Origin: Carcharhinus amblyrhynchos
Lineage: Eukaryota
DNA: 64,000 bases
Assembly (NCBI GenBank): GCA_965287045.1
Contig: OZ336875.1
Coordinates: 54,622,001-54,686,000, forward strand
Direction of reading: 5' to 3'
Both the position numbers and the translations under genes were made by a program. The first letter of the stretch is position 1. Every line of letters begins with the position of its first letter. The notes beneath the pieces were generated by a model. It made no database searches and was not told the origin of the DNA. It was given only the letters and a program-made list of their open reading frames with translations. Below are positions 61,856 through 64,000 of this stretch, piece after piece.

Positions 61856-64000
61856 CAGAAGAAGTCTCACAACATCAGGTTAAAGTCCAAAAGGTTTACT
61901 GGATAGCACAAGCCACTAGCTTTCAGAGCACTGCTCCTTCATCAGGTAAGTAGGAGTTCTGTTCACAAACAGGGCACATAAAGACACAAACTCAATTTAC
62001 AAAATAATGGTTGGAATGAGAGTCTTTATGGGTAATCAAGTCTTAAAAGTACAGACGATGTGAATGGAGAGAGGGTTAAGCACAGTTTAAAGAGATGTAT
62101 ATTGTCTTCAGTTAGGACAGTTAGTGAGATTTTGCAAGCCCAGACAAGTCACTGAGGTTACACATATTGTGACATGAACCCAAGATCCCTGTTGAGGCCG
62201 TCCTCATGTGTGCAGAACTTGGCTATCAGTCCCTGCCCAGCGACTCTGCATTATCATGTACCATGAAGGCCACCTTGGAGAATGCTTACCCGAAGATCAG
62301 AGGCTGAATGCCCGTGACCACTGAAGTGTTCCCCAACAGGAAGAGAACACTCTTGCCTGGTGATTATCGAGCGATGTTCATTCATCAGTTACCATAGCGT
62401 CTGCATGGTCTCCCCAATTTACCATGCCTTGGGACATCTTTTCCAGCAGCGTACCAAGTAGACAATGTTGGCCGAGTTGCAAGAGTATGTACCGTGAACC
62501 TGGTGGATGGTATTCTCACGTGAGATGATGGCATCCGTGTCGGTGATCCAGCTTTCTTGCAGAGATTGCTGTGGCAGGGTTGTGCGATGTTGTGGTCACT
62601 GTTCTCCTGAAGGCTGGGTAGTTTGCTGCAGACAATGATCTGTTTGAGGTTGTGCGGCTGTTTGAAGGCAAAAAGTGGGGGTGTGGGGATTGTCTTGGCG
62701 AGATGTTCGTCTTCATCAATGACATGTTGAAGGCTCCGGAGAAGATGTCATAGCTTCTCTGCTCCAGGAAGGTACCAGCCGATGAAGGGTATTCTGTCTG
62801 CTGTGTCCCATATTTGTCTTTTGAGGAAGTCGGTGCGGTTTTTCGCTGTGGCGCATCAGAACTGTCGATCGATGAGTCGAGCGCCATATCCTGTTCTTAT
62901 GAGGGCATCTTTCAGTTTCTTGAGGTGTCTGTTGCGAAGCTCCTCATCTGAGCAGATATTGTGTATATGGAGAGCTTGTCTGTAGGGGATGGCTTCTCTA
63001 ACATGTTTAGGGTGGAAGCTAGAGAAATGGTGCATTGTGAGGTTATCCATGGGCTTGCGGTACAGTGAAGTGCTGAAGTGACTGTCCTTGATGGAGATGC
63101 GTGTGTCCAAGAAGATTCCTGAGAATAGTCCATGTGAGTCTGATGGTGGGATAGAACCTGTTTGTGTCATCATATAGTTGTTTCAGTGATTGTTCACCAT
63201 GAGTCCAAAGGAAGAAAATATCATCAATGTATCTAGTGTATAACATCGGTTGAAGGTCCTGTGTGGTGAAGAGGTCTTGTTCGAACCTGTGCATGAAGAT
63301 GTGCGTTGAGATGCACCTCCTGATGGCTTGGGCATACATGTCAAGTCGAGGCAGTGGCTGTCTGGAGGAGTCCAATTCAATTCTTTCCTCTTCAGTTGCT
63401 GCACCACGGATCTCTCTGTCGGCTGTAGTGGTTCATTGGCTGTCTCATTGCGTTCATTGTTGGCCTCTTGGGGTTTCTGGAAGAACTCCCGCAGCCTCAT
63501 CCCACGGAATTCATTCTGATGAATTCCTCTGTGTCTGCTGCAAGACTGATGGGGTCTATTTTGGTGGTGGGGCAGAAATTGTGCCCTCGACTGAGAACTT
63601 CAATTTCATCTGGTTAAAGTGTGTAGTCTTACAAGTTGACAATGGACTTCCCTGAAGAGGTACTGTTTTCTATTGTGGTACCAGAGGAGGCTTTGTTGCT
63701 GCTGGTGGTGATGCCGAGTTTCTCAAGTTTCCTGTTCTTGGTGTGCATGTAGATGGCATAGTTCCTTTGTCTCGTCTGCTTGGCAGAGTTTCGCAGCTGG
63801 TCTGCGTCCTGAGCGCAAGTTGAGAATATAGACACTTTCTTGGTTTCCAGGATGCGACATTTGGTATATGAGGTGGTTGAGGAGTGGTGCAACGGCAAAG
63901 TTTCTCAGGTAGTCTGTGTTATAGGTTGACCTAAGTGGGTTCGTGATCTGTAGTCCTTTCAGTATTTTGTCTGTTTTCTTGCATCTTTGTAGAAACTTGA
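61856..64000 (-). mobile_element. Penelope-like element (RT + GIY-YIG), internally deleted, runs off the window
   Basis: YTRYIDDIFFLWTHG, FLDTRISIKD..TSLYRKP, AIPYRQAL, CNSANIVYL. The terminus is homologous to 40726-40918 and 41921-42950. Deletion near 63310. Confidence 0.95.
61913..61949 (-). ncRNA. Minimal type I hammerhead ribozyme motif with intact core
   Basis: UUAC CUGAUGA A GGAGC AGU GCUCU GAAA GCUA GUGG. Stem II is 5 bp, stem III is the palindrome AGCU, and cleavage is predicted after CUA. Confidence 0.7.

Noticed and set aside
1-64000. Prokaryotic-type system (operon, retron, defence island)
   Set aside because: The window is eukaryotic repeat-rich DNA. All recognised RT domains are non-LTR or PLE type.

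Overview
This is eukaryotic, repeat-dense intergenic or intronic DNA, very probably from a shark or other elasmobranch. That assignment is inferred from abundant CR1 LINEs, HE1-like V-SINEs and SacSINE1-like DeuSINEs. I could not identify a host gene. The recognisable ORFs are transposable-element fragments or their antisense shadows. Contents: (a) many CR1 LINE copies of different ages, one young with a single nonsense codon in about 1.9 kb of ORF2 and one retaining part of the ORF1 esterase; (b) a single-ORF CR1/Zenon-like LINE family; (c) L2, Tx1 and Rex1/Babar fragments; (d) Penelope-like elements (PLEs) with minimal hammerhead ribozyme motifs; (e) V-SINEs and DeuSINEs; (f) short TIR elements with 3-bp TSDs; (g) a decayed hAT/Buster transposase. 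Most notable: (1) A Zenon-like LINE at 57826-60330 has a tRNA-like SINE head as its 5' end. It appears inserted with 5'-inversion geometry, and its head+tail derivative occurs nearby as a free SINE. (2) Four PLE insertions start their inverted arm at the same internal site, including two about 80-105 bp hairpin mini-insertions with TSDs. (3) A multi-layer nested insertion spans 40726-45611. All family names come from motif recognition by eye, no database search was run, and boundaries of old repeats are approximate.
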